This document shows, piece after piece, positions 9,159 to 18,412 of a DNA stretch of 62,787 nt. The DNA comes from a virus (lineage: Duplodnaviria; Caudoviricetes). The notes beneath the pieces were generated by a model. That model was given only the letters and a program-made list of their open reading frames with translations, did no database searches and was not told the origin of the DNA. The stretch spans positions 1 to 62,787 of IMG/VR virus record IMGVR_UViG_3300035672_000002, one strand, 5' to 3'. How positions within the stretch are numbered: position 1 is the stretch's first letter; every line of letters begins with the position of its first letter. The position numbers and the translations under genes were made by a program.

Positions 9159-9463
9159 CTTTTCTCCTTCGCAGGTGTCTGCTCGCGTAGTCGTGCCGAC
9201 ACGCGGAGCAGGATCAAATACCCGATGAGATCCAGTACGGTATCTTCATCAGGAGTACCTACGCGGCCCATCGTCTCAATCCTACCTAACTTATCGTCGA
9301 TACGAATGCATAGTTGTTCAACGGGGCTGGCTTTACTGAAAATACGTCGAGGCTCGAACGCTGTGTTGCCGTACATCGCATTTTTCTTCAACAGCAGATT
9401 GCGGATGGCACTACATTCGAGTACGATCAATTCTGCTACCGATAATTCTGCTACTGATGACAT
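9155..9463 (-). CDS. Nucleotide modification associated domain 1 (DUF1599-like) protein
   Basis: KKNAMYG...RIDDKLGRI...EDTVLDLIGYLIL signature; GGAGG RBS. Confidence 0.75.
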   Translation of the reverse strand: MSSVAELSVAELIVLECSAIRNLLLKKNAMYGNTAFEPRRIFSKASPVEQLCIRIDDKLGRIETMGRVGTPDEDTVLDLIGYLILLRVSARLREQTPAKEKS

Positions 9464-9740
9464 GCGACGTGCCTCCACCCTTGCCGCAGACTGAACGTCC
9501 AAACGTCCGGGTTCGGTGCTACTGAATCGAAGTACGTGACGTGACAGACGTGGCATTGGATGTGCGGACTCGCGGTGCAGTGCGGACACGCAGGGTGTCC
9601 GCGAATCAACGCATGGTCGTTACTTCCGTAGCACATGCAGCGCGAAGTCATCGCACTGCCTGAAACGTTCGGTGTGGCGTAGCGGCAATAGAAGTAAATA
9701 GGGAGGCCGAGGAGGGTGCGAAGCCAGTACGTGAAGTTAC

Positions 9741-9929
9741 TCACCGCTGACCTGCCAACTTCGCCATACAGAAGCAGAATAGATAGAACAGCAGTAGACA
9801 GGTCACCGGAGCCCACAACGGCGCTGTTACCCACCACCACGACCACGCAATAACGTGAACGAGTTTCAGTACTAAGAAGATCATAAACAGAATGGTTGTG
9901 CAGCCTACTGAGTTCGATGTGTCACTCAC
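9741..9929 (-). CDS. Small phage membrane protein
   Basis: IFLVLKLVHVIAWSWWWVTAPLW, a motif common in small phage TM proteins. Confidence 0.7.
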   Translation of the reverse strand: MSDTSNSVGCTTILFMIFLVLKLVHVIAWSWWWVTAPLWAPVTCLLLFYLFCFCMAKLAGQR

Positions 9930-10362
9930 CGTCGTCTTCCCCTTCCACCTGACCATTCTTCTCTTTGATCTTTTTCACGCTCACCGTGGGCCGCGGCTCC
10001 TTCCCGAGCTTGTAGAACGAGTCGACGACCTTCGCAGGTACCGTGATGCGTTCTTTCCCGCGGCACTTCGAGCATGGACACGCGAACGTCTTCGTCACGG
10101 CGAGTTTCTGATCGAACGTCCGACGCGCGGACCCGATGAGTGTCGTCACCTGGAAGCCGTAGAACTCTACTGACTTCACGTCTTCTGGTAGGACGCTGCG
10201 CAGTTCACCGAACAGCTCGAAGTTCAGATCATCGAGCCGTTTCTTGATCCGCTGCTGCTCTTCGTAGAGTGCGACCCGCTCGGCGAGCAGAGTGCGCTCA
10301 CGCCGGCGTTTAAGTTGCGGGAAATCGGTGTAAGGACGTAAGGGTGTCGTGACAGTAGGCAT
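9922..10362 (-). CDS. Hypothetical protein with coiled coil and Cys cluster
   Basis: TGATG-coupled start; CPCSKC motif. Confidence 0.6.
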   Translation of the reverse strand: MPTVTTPLRPYTDFPQLKRRRERTLLAERVALYEEQQRIKKRLDDLNFELFGELRSVLPEDVKSVEFYGFQVTTLIGSARRTFDQKLAVTKTFACPCSKCRGKERITVPAKVVDSFYKLGKEPRPTVSVKKIKEKNGQVEGEDDGE

Positions 10363-10598
10363 CAGACAGTCCCTCTGATGAACGTTTCCTCGATGATCAT
10401 CAATTCTTCGTTGATCGAATCGCACAGCAGGAGCAGCGCCTGCTCTATCTTCTCGTACATGACGTTTGCGGTACGTTGCTCCCCTGTGAATGGATCGGCG
10501 GTACCGTAGTAGCGATTCCACATCGCTCTAACCGATTGGCCTACTTCAATCACCGCCATTCTGCGTACCTGCTCTACCGTCACCTTAGGCATCGTCAT
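10362..10598 (-). CDS. Hypothetical protein
   Basis: GGAGG RBS; coupled to neighbours. Confidence 0.6.
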   Translation of the reverse strand: MTMPKVTVEQVRRMAVIEVGQSVRAMWNRYYGTADPFTGEQRTANVMYEKIEQALLLLCDSINEELMIIEETFIRGTV

Positions 10599-10843
10599 AC
10601 TGACCTCCCTTTCCTCTTCCAGATCATCCGATCTCTCTTCAACTCGTATTCTCCACGCAGCTCCAGATCCGTGCTACCACATGTCGGACACGTCGGCGTC
10701 TGCCGGAACCGCAGCGCGGCGTTGTACCGGCGTCTACTGCATCCGTGGCCCTCGGGGCAGAGGATGACACCGCCTGGAGATCGACGTCGTTTCGGAACTC
10801 GCTTCGCGACTACTGACGCTACTGATGACTGACGCTTCTTCAT
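10595..10843 (-). CDS. Small zinc-ribbon protein
   Basis: CPEGH...CPTCGS; directly downstream of a promoter. Confidence 0.6.
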   Translation of the reverse strand: MKKRQSSVASVVAKRVPKRRRSPGGVILCPEGHGCSRRRYNAALRFRQTPTCPTCGSTDLELRGEYELKRDRMIWKRKGRSV

Positions 10844-10851
10844 GGACGTGA

Positions 10852-10880
10852 AGGGTAGTAGATAGTTGACTGGGAGTCAA
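10852..10880 (-). promoter_or_regulatory. Sigma70-type promoter with palindromic operator
   Basis: TTGACT-17 nt-TACCCT on the minus strand; palindrome TTGACT-GGG-AGTCAA at 10866-10880. Confidence 0.65.
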
Positions 10881-10947
10881 GCACGTAATCAGGAGGGGGC
10901 TCTCGCGTACCAATCTCTCAACTCCGCGCAACCTCTCCGTCGATAAT

Positions 10948-11358
10948 TCACACAATCGCTCCTGATACTCCGATACTGTGCTTGAGTCTCAGTTCTCGTT
11001 CGACCTTCCAGCGGAAAGACATAGGAGTCTGACGTAGCTCAATAATCAGGTCACGGTCTGCTGTCCAATCTCGTGTGTTTAGGGACGTGTTGATCTGTTG
11101 AGTTCTTATGCTCCACGAGACGAGCATGATGATCCCTCGAAACCACACAAAAAACTTAGGTTCCCTGAAGCCGGTGACGGCATACACACCTAGCCGATCG
11201 CTGTCTTCGAGGCCATCAGCAAACGTCCACACTCGATCACATAGATGGATATAATCCTTCAATGTCAACTCTATCCCATAGCGTTCCTTACATCGCTTCA
11301 TGGCATGGTTCCGCTGTCGAATACGGAGGCCGGCTCTAGTTCGCCTAATCTTTATCAT
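10948..11358 (-). CDS. Hypothetical protein
   Basis: HAMKRCKERYG motif; coupled to the polymerase stop. Confidence 0.6.
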   Translation of the reverse strand: MIKIRRTRAGLRIRQRNHAMKRCKERYGIELTLKDYIHLCDRVWTFADGLEDSDRLGVYAVTGFREPKFFVWFRGIIMLVSWSIRTQQINTSLNTRDWTADRDLIIELRQTPMSFRWKVERELRLKHSIGVSGAIV

Positions 11359-14345
11359 TTACACTCTGACCATCTTTTTGCAGTCTTCCACTCCGCCAGA
11401 ATCGGCACCTTCAACTTCATCACTCCCGTCATCGCCTCCACAATCCTCTTTGCTAACCGTTCCTCCCCTCCCACCTTCACCTGGCTGACAACTTCGTCAT
11501 GCACCGTCAGTAGAGGATCACAGTCCCACCCGCTCTTCCGCACCTCCGGATAGACTTCGTCCATCAGCACCGGACACGACATCCGCATGATCTCCGCCGC
11601 CGTACCCTGCACCGGAGCATTGACCGCCATCCGTTCCGCTTCCATCCTCACGCCGTCAAGATCACTATGGACCCCCGGCAGATACCGTCTCCACCCCATT
11701 AGCGTTTCAACGTACCCGTACCTCCGTGCCTTCGAACACTGCTCGTCCATGAAGTCTTCGATCCCCGGATACGCGACCTTGAGGTACGCGTCGATATACG
11801 TCTGTGTCTCCTCTACTGTGACTTCAATCCCTTCGAGGCGCAACTCAGCCCTCAACCTCATGGCACCTCCGCCGTACAGGATGAGGAACGTGATCCTTTT
11901 CGCGATCGTCCTCTGCTTCTTCGTCACGCGCTCGATCGTCGTCCTGAAGATGTGTGACGCGGTAATAATGTGGACGTCGACTCCCGACTTGATGCCGGCG
12001 ATCAGGTTCTTGTCTCCACAGAGATGCGCCATCACCCGCACTTCGATCTGCGAGAGGTCTACTGATACGAGCGAATAACCATCAGGTGCAGCGAAGGCGC
12101 CGCGGACCAGCATCCCGAGGTCAGAACGTGCTGGGCAGTTGCCGGTCACCATCGTCTTCCCGTTCCGACGTACTAGCAGATATGAGGATGGAACGGAGCA
12201 GCAATACACCTTCCCCCGTTCACTCTCTTCTACCTTCCGATTCGTTGTCAGCGAATAATTCCGGTGCGTTACATCCACCTGCCAACTGATGGATCCTCCA
12301 CCCGATACGTACTTTCGTACGTTCGCCCGCACTCCACTGAGCGTGAACAGCGTAGCGATCACGTCTGCATTATGCTTATGCTTAGATGCGTAGTGATTCT
12401 TACGTGTCCAGCACCCGTCCCAGAACATCACTTCTGCGAGGATCACATCGATCTGCCCGCGCGACAAAGCTAAAAAGAAGCTCCAGTTGAAGAGTTTCTG
12501 CGGACCTAGAACGGCGTACTGGCGTTTCGTGATTACACCGGCTTGGATGTAAAAACGTGAAGCCCCTCCGATTCGCAGCGTCTCGCGATGAGGCACGTTG
12601 CAGGATGCTAGCAGTGCTCGGAAACGCTCAATCTTCCGCAGTTTCTTGGATGTGAAGTCAGCTCGTTGATTTGACGCCCAACTACCATCGGCCTGCATCG
12701 CCACCAGAAGTCGGAGTTCATCATCAGACCACGGCACCCCATCCCCGCCTGCGTAATTTCCTGCGTTCAGCTGTCGCCAATCCTCGGGATAGTCCTGTGC
12801 ATCGATTACACGCCGTTCACCCGTCTTCCGGTGCTCGATCAGGCAGCGATGAGTCGGGGTTACTTGGAGGTCAATGTGCTCACTGTGGATACGGATGAGA
12901 TTATCAGTCTTCCTCACGTAGTCCGTGGGAACAACGAATTCTACGACTCCGTCTTCGCGCCATTGCGCGACGTGAATTTCTCTACTGAGTTCATCGAAGC
13001 GTGTCCACCCTTCGTACGTCAACACCTCAGTATCGCCCGAAAAGCAGTTCTGAAGATTCGGGTTAGCCGAAGACAGTCGGTTGGTTTCTGTCCTAGTGGA
13101 CTTGAACGTCGTGTGTATTCTGCTGTTCTTGTCGACCATGCGTGGCAACGCGAGCGTGTACGTCCCTCGCAACTTCATCCTCTCTCTGTGGTCCGTGATG
13201 TTCCCTAGGATCGTCAGTGCCCGTCTCGTGCGCTTCGAGTCCTCCATCGCGGCCACTTGCAGCTTCAGATCCTCTAACACCTTGTCCTGTGTACTCGCGT
13301 CACCCGTCTTCGTCTCTTTGACGATCGGGAGATTGAGTTCATCGAACAGTAGCTCCGCAACCTGCTTCGGGCTCGCAGGGTTGACGTAGTGTCCGACTGT
13401 CTGTTGCAGTTGGTAGAGGATCTGATCGCACTCTACCTCTAACCGCGCATCTAGCTTCCTTGCGTACGGCACATCGAAGTACGTCCCGACTTCCATCATC
13501 CGGACAAGCAGGGGGATGGTGTCGCGGTCGATCTCGTAGATCCGTGTCAGCCCTTCTGCTTCGAGTTGCTGTTTCAGTATAGGATATATCCGCATAGTTC
13601 CGTCTGCATCCTCTGCGGAATAGGTAACTGCCGCGGACTGCGGTACAACGTCGTCCAGTGTCACCTCAGGCATCGGACCGATGGCGTCCTCGATCTTCAC
13701 CCGGTAGTCGTAGTCGACCTGTTTCATCCACCACGCACGCAGACCCGTAGCTTTACGATCTTCCCCGGCTGACGCTTCATTTTCTACTGTGTCGTCGTCA
13801 ACATCTTCCTCGTTTGACGCATCGTCAACATGTTGGCTATCCTTAGTATAGGTAGTAGAGGTTACGACTAGCCGGCGTAGAGCAGTACGGACCCGCGTCC
13901 CGATCTTCTGGCCGCGTCTGACCTTCACTTCCCCGTTGACATACTCCAGATACTCGTCAGGTGGTGGCCACGACGTACCGTCGCCATCGCACTCGTCACA
14001 CGTCACCGGCCGCGGAGACAGACGCACACCGCGCGCCCCGATGGGCTCTACGATCATCGATCCGTCTCCGCTACATGCAGAGCACTTGAAGGTCAGGATG
14101 CGTCGCAGGTAGTCAGCGGCGAGCTGACGATCGGCCTCCCGTGTGACCTCGACGTACGACTGACGCTTCCGTCCGTTGTAGCGACGTTCGAGCGGTTTGA
14201 GACCCTGTGGGATGAGACGGAGGACGTACGACATGACCATCGTGTCCTCGAAGGTGATCCGACTCATCAGCTCTTCGGACGTGACGTCGAAGAGTTCTGC
14301 AAGGATGGGGATATCGTGGGCAGCGTTATGGAGAATAATATGCAC
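11355..14345 (-). CDS. polA: DNA polymerase family A, C-terminal part (ExoII/III plus polymerase) with intein
   Basis: HNAAHD (ExoII), YSAEDA (ExoIII), RLSSANPNLQN, DLSQIEVR (motif A), RTIAKRITFLILYG (motif B), TVHDEV (motif C). Confidence 0.95.
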   Translation of the reverse strand: MHIILHNAAHDIPILAELFDVTSEELMSRITFEDTMVMSYVLRLIPQGLKPLERRYNGRKRQSYVEVTREADRQLAADYLRRILTFKCSACSGDGSMIVEPIGARGVRLSPRPVTCDECDGDGTSWPPPDEYLEYVNGEVKVRRGQKIGTRVRTALRRLVVTSTTYTKDSQHVDDASNEEDVDDDTVENEASAGEDRKATGLRAWWMKQVDYDYRVKIEDAIGPMPEVTLDDVVPQSAAVTYSAEDADGTMRIYPILKQQLEAEGLTRIYEIDRDTIPLLVRMMEVGTYFDVPYARKLDARLEVECDQILYQLQQTVGHYVNPASPKQVAELLFDELNLPIVKETKTGDASTQDKVLEDLKLQVAAMEDSKRTRRALTILGNITDHRERMKLRGTYTLALPRMVDKNSRIHTTFKSTRTETNRLSSANPNLQNCFSGDTEVLTYEGWTRFDELSREIHVAQWREDGVVEFVVPTDYVRKTDNLIRIHSEHIDLQVTPTHRCLIEHRKTGERRVIDAQDYPEDWRQLNAGNYAGGDGVPWSDDELRLLVAMQADGSWASNQRADFTSKKLRKIERFRALLASCNVPHRETLRIGGASRFYIQAGVITKRQYAVLGPQKLFNWSFFLALSRGQIDVILAEVMFWDGCWTRKNHYASKHKHNADVIATLFTLSGVRANVRKYVSGGGSISWQVDVTHRNYSLTTNRKVEESERGKVYCCSVPSSYLLVRRNGKTMVTGNCPARSDLGMLVRGAFAAPDGYSLVSVDLSQIEVRVMAHLCGDKNLIAGIKSGVDVHIITASHIFRTTIERVTKKQRTIAKRITFLILYGGGAMRLRAELRLEGIEVTVEETQTYIDAYLKVAYPGIEDFMDEQCSKARRYGYVETLMGWRRYLPGVHSDLDGVRMEAERMAVNAPVQGTAAEIMRMSCPVLMDEVYPEVRKSGWDCDPLLTVHDEVVSQVKVGGEERLAKRIVEAMTGVMKLKVPILAEWKTAKRWSECK
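12138..13046 (-). mobile_element. Intein (303 aa) with LAGLIDADG-like endonuclease region in polA
   Basis: Starts CFSGDTEVLT after NPNLQN; VTPTH block B; AMQADG and MFWDG motifs; ends VRRNGKTMVTGN with Cys+1. Confidence 0.9.
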
Positions 14346-14363
14346 GGAATTAATTCTCTACAA

Positions 14364-14897
14364 CTACTGGAGAAGTTCCGATCTTACCTGCGTCAGTAGT
14401 TGCCCGAGTACATTCTGCCCTTTACCCCGGAACATTCCCCAATAGACATCTCCCCAATAATTCCCTTCGATCATAATGGTTCCGTCAGTGGCAGTCAGTA
14501 ATCCTTTGTAAGGATGATCGCGGAACTTCAATCGCAGTAACTCCAGCATTACGCTTCTTTTGATCTGATCCCAATCAGGCCGGATCGTTAGACGACGGCC
14601 CATGCGTTTCGCGTCGCCCGGTGTACGGCAAGCCTGTATTAGGGCTGCTTCTCTATCGCTCAGCGTCTTTGCTGCTTGATATGCATGCTCCACTGTGGGA
14701 TAGATATTGCCCTCATAGGCGATTGACACGGGGGCGAAGTTTGAAAGCCATCGGTACTCGCGTGAGATATCGATGAAGTAGTTCAGCGCATGATCGCGGA
14801 CACTGAGATAGATTCTAAACTCAGTAGCAGTGTCCTTAATCCCTACAGTGAGTTGAGCCTCACTATTACTGTACGTAAATAGAGTTACTGTACTCAT
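14364..14897 (-). CDS. NADAR family protein
   Basis: LSNF...YPTVEHAYQAAK...AKRMG...W...M...LRLKF...EGN.WGDVYWG...GQNVLG.LL. Confidence 0.92.
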   Translation of the reverse strand: MSTVTLFTYSNSEAQLTVGIKDTATEFRIYLSVRDHALNYFIDISREYRWLSNFAPVSIAYEGNIYPTVEHAYQAAKTLSDREAALIQACRTPGDAKRMGRRLTIRPDWDQIKRSVMLELLRLKFRDHPYKGLLTATDGTIMIEGNYWGDVYWGMFRGKGQNVLGQLLTQVRSELLQ

Positions 14898-15100
14898 CGG
14901 AACAGTTGCTCCTTCATCCCCACTGCCACCTTCAGTACTCGTTTCTGCCTTTTGAAGCAGCGCCAGTGCTCGAGTTCTTCTTCAGGTGGTTTCACATCGA
15001 AAGGCCCACCGTTCGGCTGATAGTAGTGAATTTTCTCGCTATAGCCGATGAATCGTCCACAGATCTCACAACGTAGGGGTTTAGTCTTCCGTTTAGCCAT
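14894..15100 (-). CDS. Small zinc-binding protein
   Basis: CEICG...HWRC; overlaps both neighbours. Confidence 0.65.
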   Translation of the reverse strand: MAKRKTKPLRCEICGRFIGYSEKIHYYQPNGGPFDVKPPEEELEHWRCFKRQKRVLKVAVGMKEQLFR

Positions 15101-15941
15101 TCAGTAGTTGTTCCTTCATCGACTGTATCGTCCGCTTGTTCGTCTTCCTCACGACTCCAGCACTCCCTGCGAACTGACTGAATGACAACCCCCACACCCT
15201 CCCCGCCAGTCCTTCAGTATCAACAGCCACCGGGAGACTCTTCACCAGTTTGATACTGCTACGCGGTTCATAATAGTCAGGATCAGGATAGATGTCTCGC
15301 GGGGTGACGCACGGCAACGTTCCACGGACGTACTTCCCGAGCGTCATGAAGTCTGAGTAGATTACTGGTTGTTGCTCTGGACTGTGGAGGCCGGCTGCCG
15401 GATGATAGCAAGGCACGCACGTGAAATGCGCTATACGAACCAAGGACTCGGTCCTGACGTCGGCGAGTAGGCGTGATGGACCCTCTCCACGCCCTCGATC
15501 CAACGCCCGCCAGTTCGCCGTGGCATATGGGAAACCGTGGCACGATTCCATGTCCGTAAAAATACTGCGACCAAGCAACCAACGAGAAGCCACAGCACCC
15601 ACCCCGACGATGAACGTCGGACGAACTCTTTCAATCTCACCTATCAGCTCTCCCTCGTCCCGCTTGATGCCCGCAGCGGTCGGTTTCACGTTCCCACTCT
15701 TCGCTCTCGTCGTCGGCCGATGCTTCACCAGATTCGTCAGCCAGCAGTCTCGGAGTTCGATCCCCGCCTGCCGTGCGTATCTCGTGAGTTCCTTCCCGGC
15801 CTTCCCGACCCAACATTTCCGCATCTGCTCTTCCTGCACTCCGGGTGCCTCGCCGACGAACATGACGTCAGCATCAGGACGTCCGCGGCCTGGAACGTAG
15901 GGTCCGAGTGGAGCCGGAGATGTAGACGACTTCAACGTCAA
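15093..15941 (-). CDS. Family-4-like uracil-DNA glycosylase domain fused to the ExoI part of the DNA polymerase (N-terminal part)
   Basis: FVGEAPG..EE, VGKAG, TNLVK.RP and YHPAA motifs, then VAVDTEG (ExoI DxE). Confidence 0.85.
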   Translation of the reverse strand: MTLKSSTSPAPLGPYVPGRGRPDADVMFVGEAPGVQEEQMRKCWVGKAGKELTRYARQAGIELRDCWLTNLVKHRPTTRAKSGNVKPTAAGIKRDEGELIGEIERVRPTFIVGVGAVASRWLLGRSIFTDMESCHGFPYATANWRALDRGRGEGPSRLLADVRTESLVRIAHFTCVPCYHPAAGLHSPEQQPVIYSDFMTLGKYVRGTLPCVTPRDIYPDPDYYEPRSSIKLVKSLPVAVDTEGLAGRVWGLSFSQFAGSAGVVRKTNKRTIQSMKEQLLNG

Positions 15942-16432
15942 TGTCCTTTCTCCATCCCCTTCATCGGACTGCCGCTGAACTTCTGATGCGGATGATGTGC
16001 GCTCTGCTGATCGAGCTTCGACTTCGACTCCATCACAACCGCCGCCTCTTCCGCCTCTTCATACCCCGCTTCCCGCTCGCATTGCTTTACAAATAGTTCG
16101 GTCATCGCCGCTGTAATCAGTATCGCTTCCCCGAGTTCAGTCACACCCATCTCCGTCAGCGCAGTTTCCATCTTGTCAACGATCCCGTCGAGCCGCGTCA
16201 GTTTCTCTTCCGCCTCATCCTCGGGAATCTCCGACGACTTCAGTATCAACCGCGTCAACTTATCCAACGACATCTCCGCGGAGATCAAGACGGCATGCGA
16301 CGGGTTCTTCGCTGCGAGGAGACGTTGCAGAAACTGAACGTTCGAACCTTCACAGTGCTTACACATACTGACTACTCCGTCGCCTCGATCACGTATGACG
16401 AGATGTTCATCCCTAGAGGCACCACGATCCAT
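15938..16432 (-). CDS. Hypothetical protein
   Basis: ORF filling the operon; start uncertain. Confidence 0.55.
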   Translation of the reverse strand: MDRGASRDEHLVIRDRGDGVVSMCKHCEGSNVQFLQRLLAAKNPSHAVLISAEMSLDKLTRLILKSSEIPEDEAEEKLTRLDGIVDKMETALTEMGVTELGEAILITAAMTELFVKQCEREAGYEEAEEAAVVMESKSKLDQQSAHHPHQKFSGSPMKGMEKGH

Positions 16433-16608
16433 TCGTGCGCTCCGGCTGAAGACATGACGTCGTAGAGGACAGCGCCCGCAGGTACTCTCGCAAGATCGTC
16501 GACGGGGAGCTGCGGCCCCTCGTACGGTTTGACACTGAAAATGTTCGCTACGACGAGTGTCACCGGATTACCTGCAAGCGTCTTGAACTTGTCAATTGTC
16601 TTCGCCAC
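16372..16608 (-). CDS. Hypothetical protein
   Basis: GGAGG RBS before GTG. Confidence 0.6.
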   Translation of the reverse strand: MAKTIDKFKTLAGNPVTLVVANIFSVKPYEGPQLPVDDLARVPAGAVLYDVMSSAGAHEWIVVPLGMNISSYVIEATE

Positions 16609-16611
16609 TGA

Positions 16612-17529
16612 CTACCTCCGTCTCTCTCTGATCTGTTTAAACAATGTCTCCGCCACTTTCTCCCCCACTCCGTCCTTCTTTCCCCTCCCACTCGCCTTCA
16701 TCCTCAACTCCTCTACTGTAGCATGAACCATATCCTCGATGCTACTGAATTTCGTACTCGCGTTGGCCGCCCGGTCATATCCCATGCCGTCGAAGATATT
16801 GGCGAACATCATCCGCCTCTTCCGGGCCTCGCTCATGAACCCCACACCGCGTCTGCCTTTTTCGTGCAACGCAGTATTGAAGAGTTGCATCGACTTATGC
16901 GCCTCAAACTTCTTGTCCGTCCAGAACCGATACTGACTGACGATCCACTGCGCCGTCTCATCAGGTGTCTTCGTATTCCAGACGAACAGCGGCTTCCCGT
17001 ACTTGTAGATCGAGCCCGCTTGCAGCGATGTCAGCCACTTCATGACCGTTGCGTACGTCACCGTCCGGGACGATCCGTAGAGCGCCGGGACGAACCGGCC
17101 GTCAGAAGTCACAGCGGTAGCAGCGCCAGCGGCGGTCCCTCCTCTGGTCTTCGATCGTCTTTTCGCCGCCCCTCGCTGGAACCTCGCAGACTGCAACCGC
17201 TTCATCAGTATCCCCGAATCGTGGTCCGGCCGCAGCTCGTCTTCCACCACGAGCCACGACAGGTCGTAGTCGCGGTGCATCCCCTCAAGTTGCCCGTCGA
17301 GCCCCGCCAGCCGGCCGTCATCCATGCAGGCGAGTACGTCCCCGACACGTTTGACCTCGATCCCGATCCGCAGAGCAGAACCGTTCGGCCCGTTCCCGAT
17401 GATGAGGATGTCTCCGTGGTCGAGACGTTGATCGACGACGAGCGACGATGGTACGAGGTAGCGTCGGAGGAGCGAACCGAGGTCACCGGAGTGTCCGGGA
17501 CCGTGCTGCGTGTCGACGAAGAGCGTCAC
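16612..17529 (-). CDS. ERCC4-domain nuclease (resolvase-like)
   Basis: LDHGDI...GIEVKRVGDV...DGRL...Q...LVVE and a C-terminal HhH-like GVGEKVA. Confidence 0.8.
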   Translation of the reverse strand: MTLFVDTQHGPGHSGDLGSLLRRYLVPSSLVVDQRLDHGDILIIGNGPNGSALRIGIEVKRVGDVLACMDDGRLAGLDGQLEGMHRDYDLSWLVVEDELRPDHDSGILMKRLQSARFQRGAAKRRSKTRGGTAAGAATAVTSDGRFVPALYGSSRTVTYATVMKWLTSLQAGSIYKYGKPLFVWNTKTPDETAQWIVSQYRFWTDKKFEAHKSMQLFNTALHEKGRRGVGFMSEARKRRMMFANIFDGMGYDRAANASTKFSSIEDMVHATVEELRMKASGRGKKDGVGEKVAETLFKQIRERRR

Positions 17530-18053
17530 TTCGTTTGTACTTCTTCTTTCTTTACCGCTTCTACTTGTTTCTTCAGATCGTAGTTCTCTTTACGCAATTT
17601 CCGGCTGAACTCCCGCTCATCAGCTATCTGTCTAGACAATTCCCCCAGAACTTGATCATCGTCAGCGACCTCCAGTAGAGGCATCCACGCAGATCGCACA
17701 ATACGACGAGGAGAGATGACAGATTCGGGGTAGTTACCCGCCTGATTGAGTTCGCGTATGAATGCGATCTGCATCCTTGCCGACAGCAGTCTATTATAAT
17801 AGCGGGCGCCGCGTTGAACACGTAGAGGATGGGAGTAAGCTATGGCGGATCGGAAGGGCCATCCAAGAAAAAACACACGTACTCTCCATGCGTACAAATC
17901 CCGCAGCAATGTGACCGGGGACGGAGTGTACTGTCCGGCTATAGTACCGTACTGGTAAGCTGTTCTACGGTGAAAGACGGACCAGTATCTGCCAAAGAGT
18001 TTAAAACCCTTACCTACGCCGATGTGCAGTGTGTTTAGAAAACCCGATGTCAT
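17526..18053 (-). CDS. Hypothetical protein
   Basis: Overlap-coupled ORF. Confidence 0.55.
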   Translation of the reverse strand: MTSGFLNTLHIGVGKGFKLFGRYWSVFHRRTAYQYGTIAGQYTPSPVTLLRDLYAWRVRVFFLGWPFRSAIAYSHPLRVQRGARYYNRLLSARMQIAFIRELNQAGNYPESVISPRRIVRSAWMPLLEVADDDQVLGELSRQIADEREFSRKLRKENYDLKKQVEAVKKEEVQTK

Positions 18054-18412
18054 TTTACCCTCTCTTCCGTTTTTGTTTGCTGTTCTTTCTCTGCTTCATT
18101 GATTCGTATCTTCGCCAGTCCTTCCGTCGACTCGACGAACCGGATCTCCCCCGTGAATACCAGCCACACCGCGTTCTCATCAGCCGCTACCAACGCAGAC
18201 TCTAACGCGCAGTCACGATCCGTCTTCGGCGGCAGGAGTTCTAACTCGTAGTTCGCGAACCGCGGGTCGTACTGGCCGTATGGATCGAGCTTCGTCCGCA
18301 AGAGGACGTACCGGACATCAGATCCGTCAATAGATGGTTCAGTAGTAGCGTGAAGTTCTTCATCAGGCATCGACCTTTTCCTCCTTCTCCTTTTGGTACT
18401 CGTCCGGTGCAT
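18050..18412 (-). CDS. Hypothetical protein
   Basis: Overlap-coupled ORF; probable start at MPDEE. Confidence 0.55.
   Translation of the reverse strand: MHRTSTKRRRRKRSMPDEELHATTEPSIDGSDVRYVLLRTKLDPYGQYDPRFANYELELLPPKTDRDCALESALVAADENAVWLVFTGEIRFVESTEGLAKIRINEAEKEQQTKTEERVK

Noticed and set aside
14358-14366. Genome-wide TAG recoding fusing NADAR to PolA
   Set aside because: TAG ends many clear genes (6069, 8178, 47436, 51063, 62729), genes are not fragmented, and no suppressor tRNA is visible
14346-15092. Canonical group I intron in polA
   Set aside because: U/G boundaries could restore the frame, but I could not find the P7-forming R/S elements in the right order, and the insert is almost fully protein-coding
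16723-17583. Long antisense or alternate-frame ORFs (also 52961-53821, 53199-53945, 30576-31121, 22765-23364)
   Set aside because: Shadows of real genes in GC-rich DNA, with no RBS or recognisable motifs
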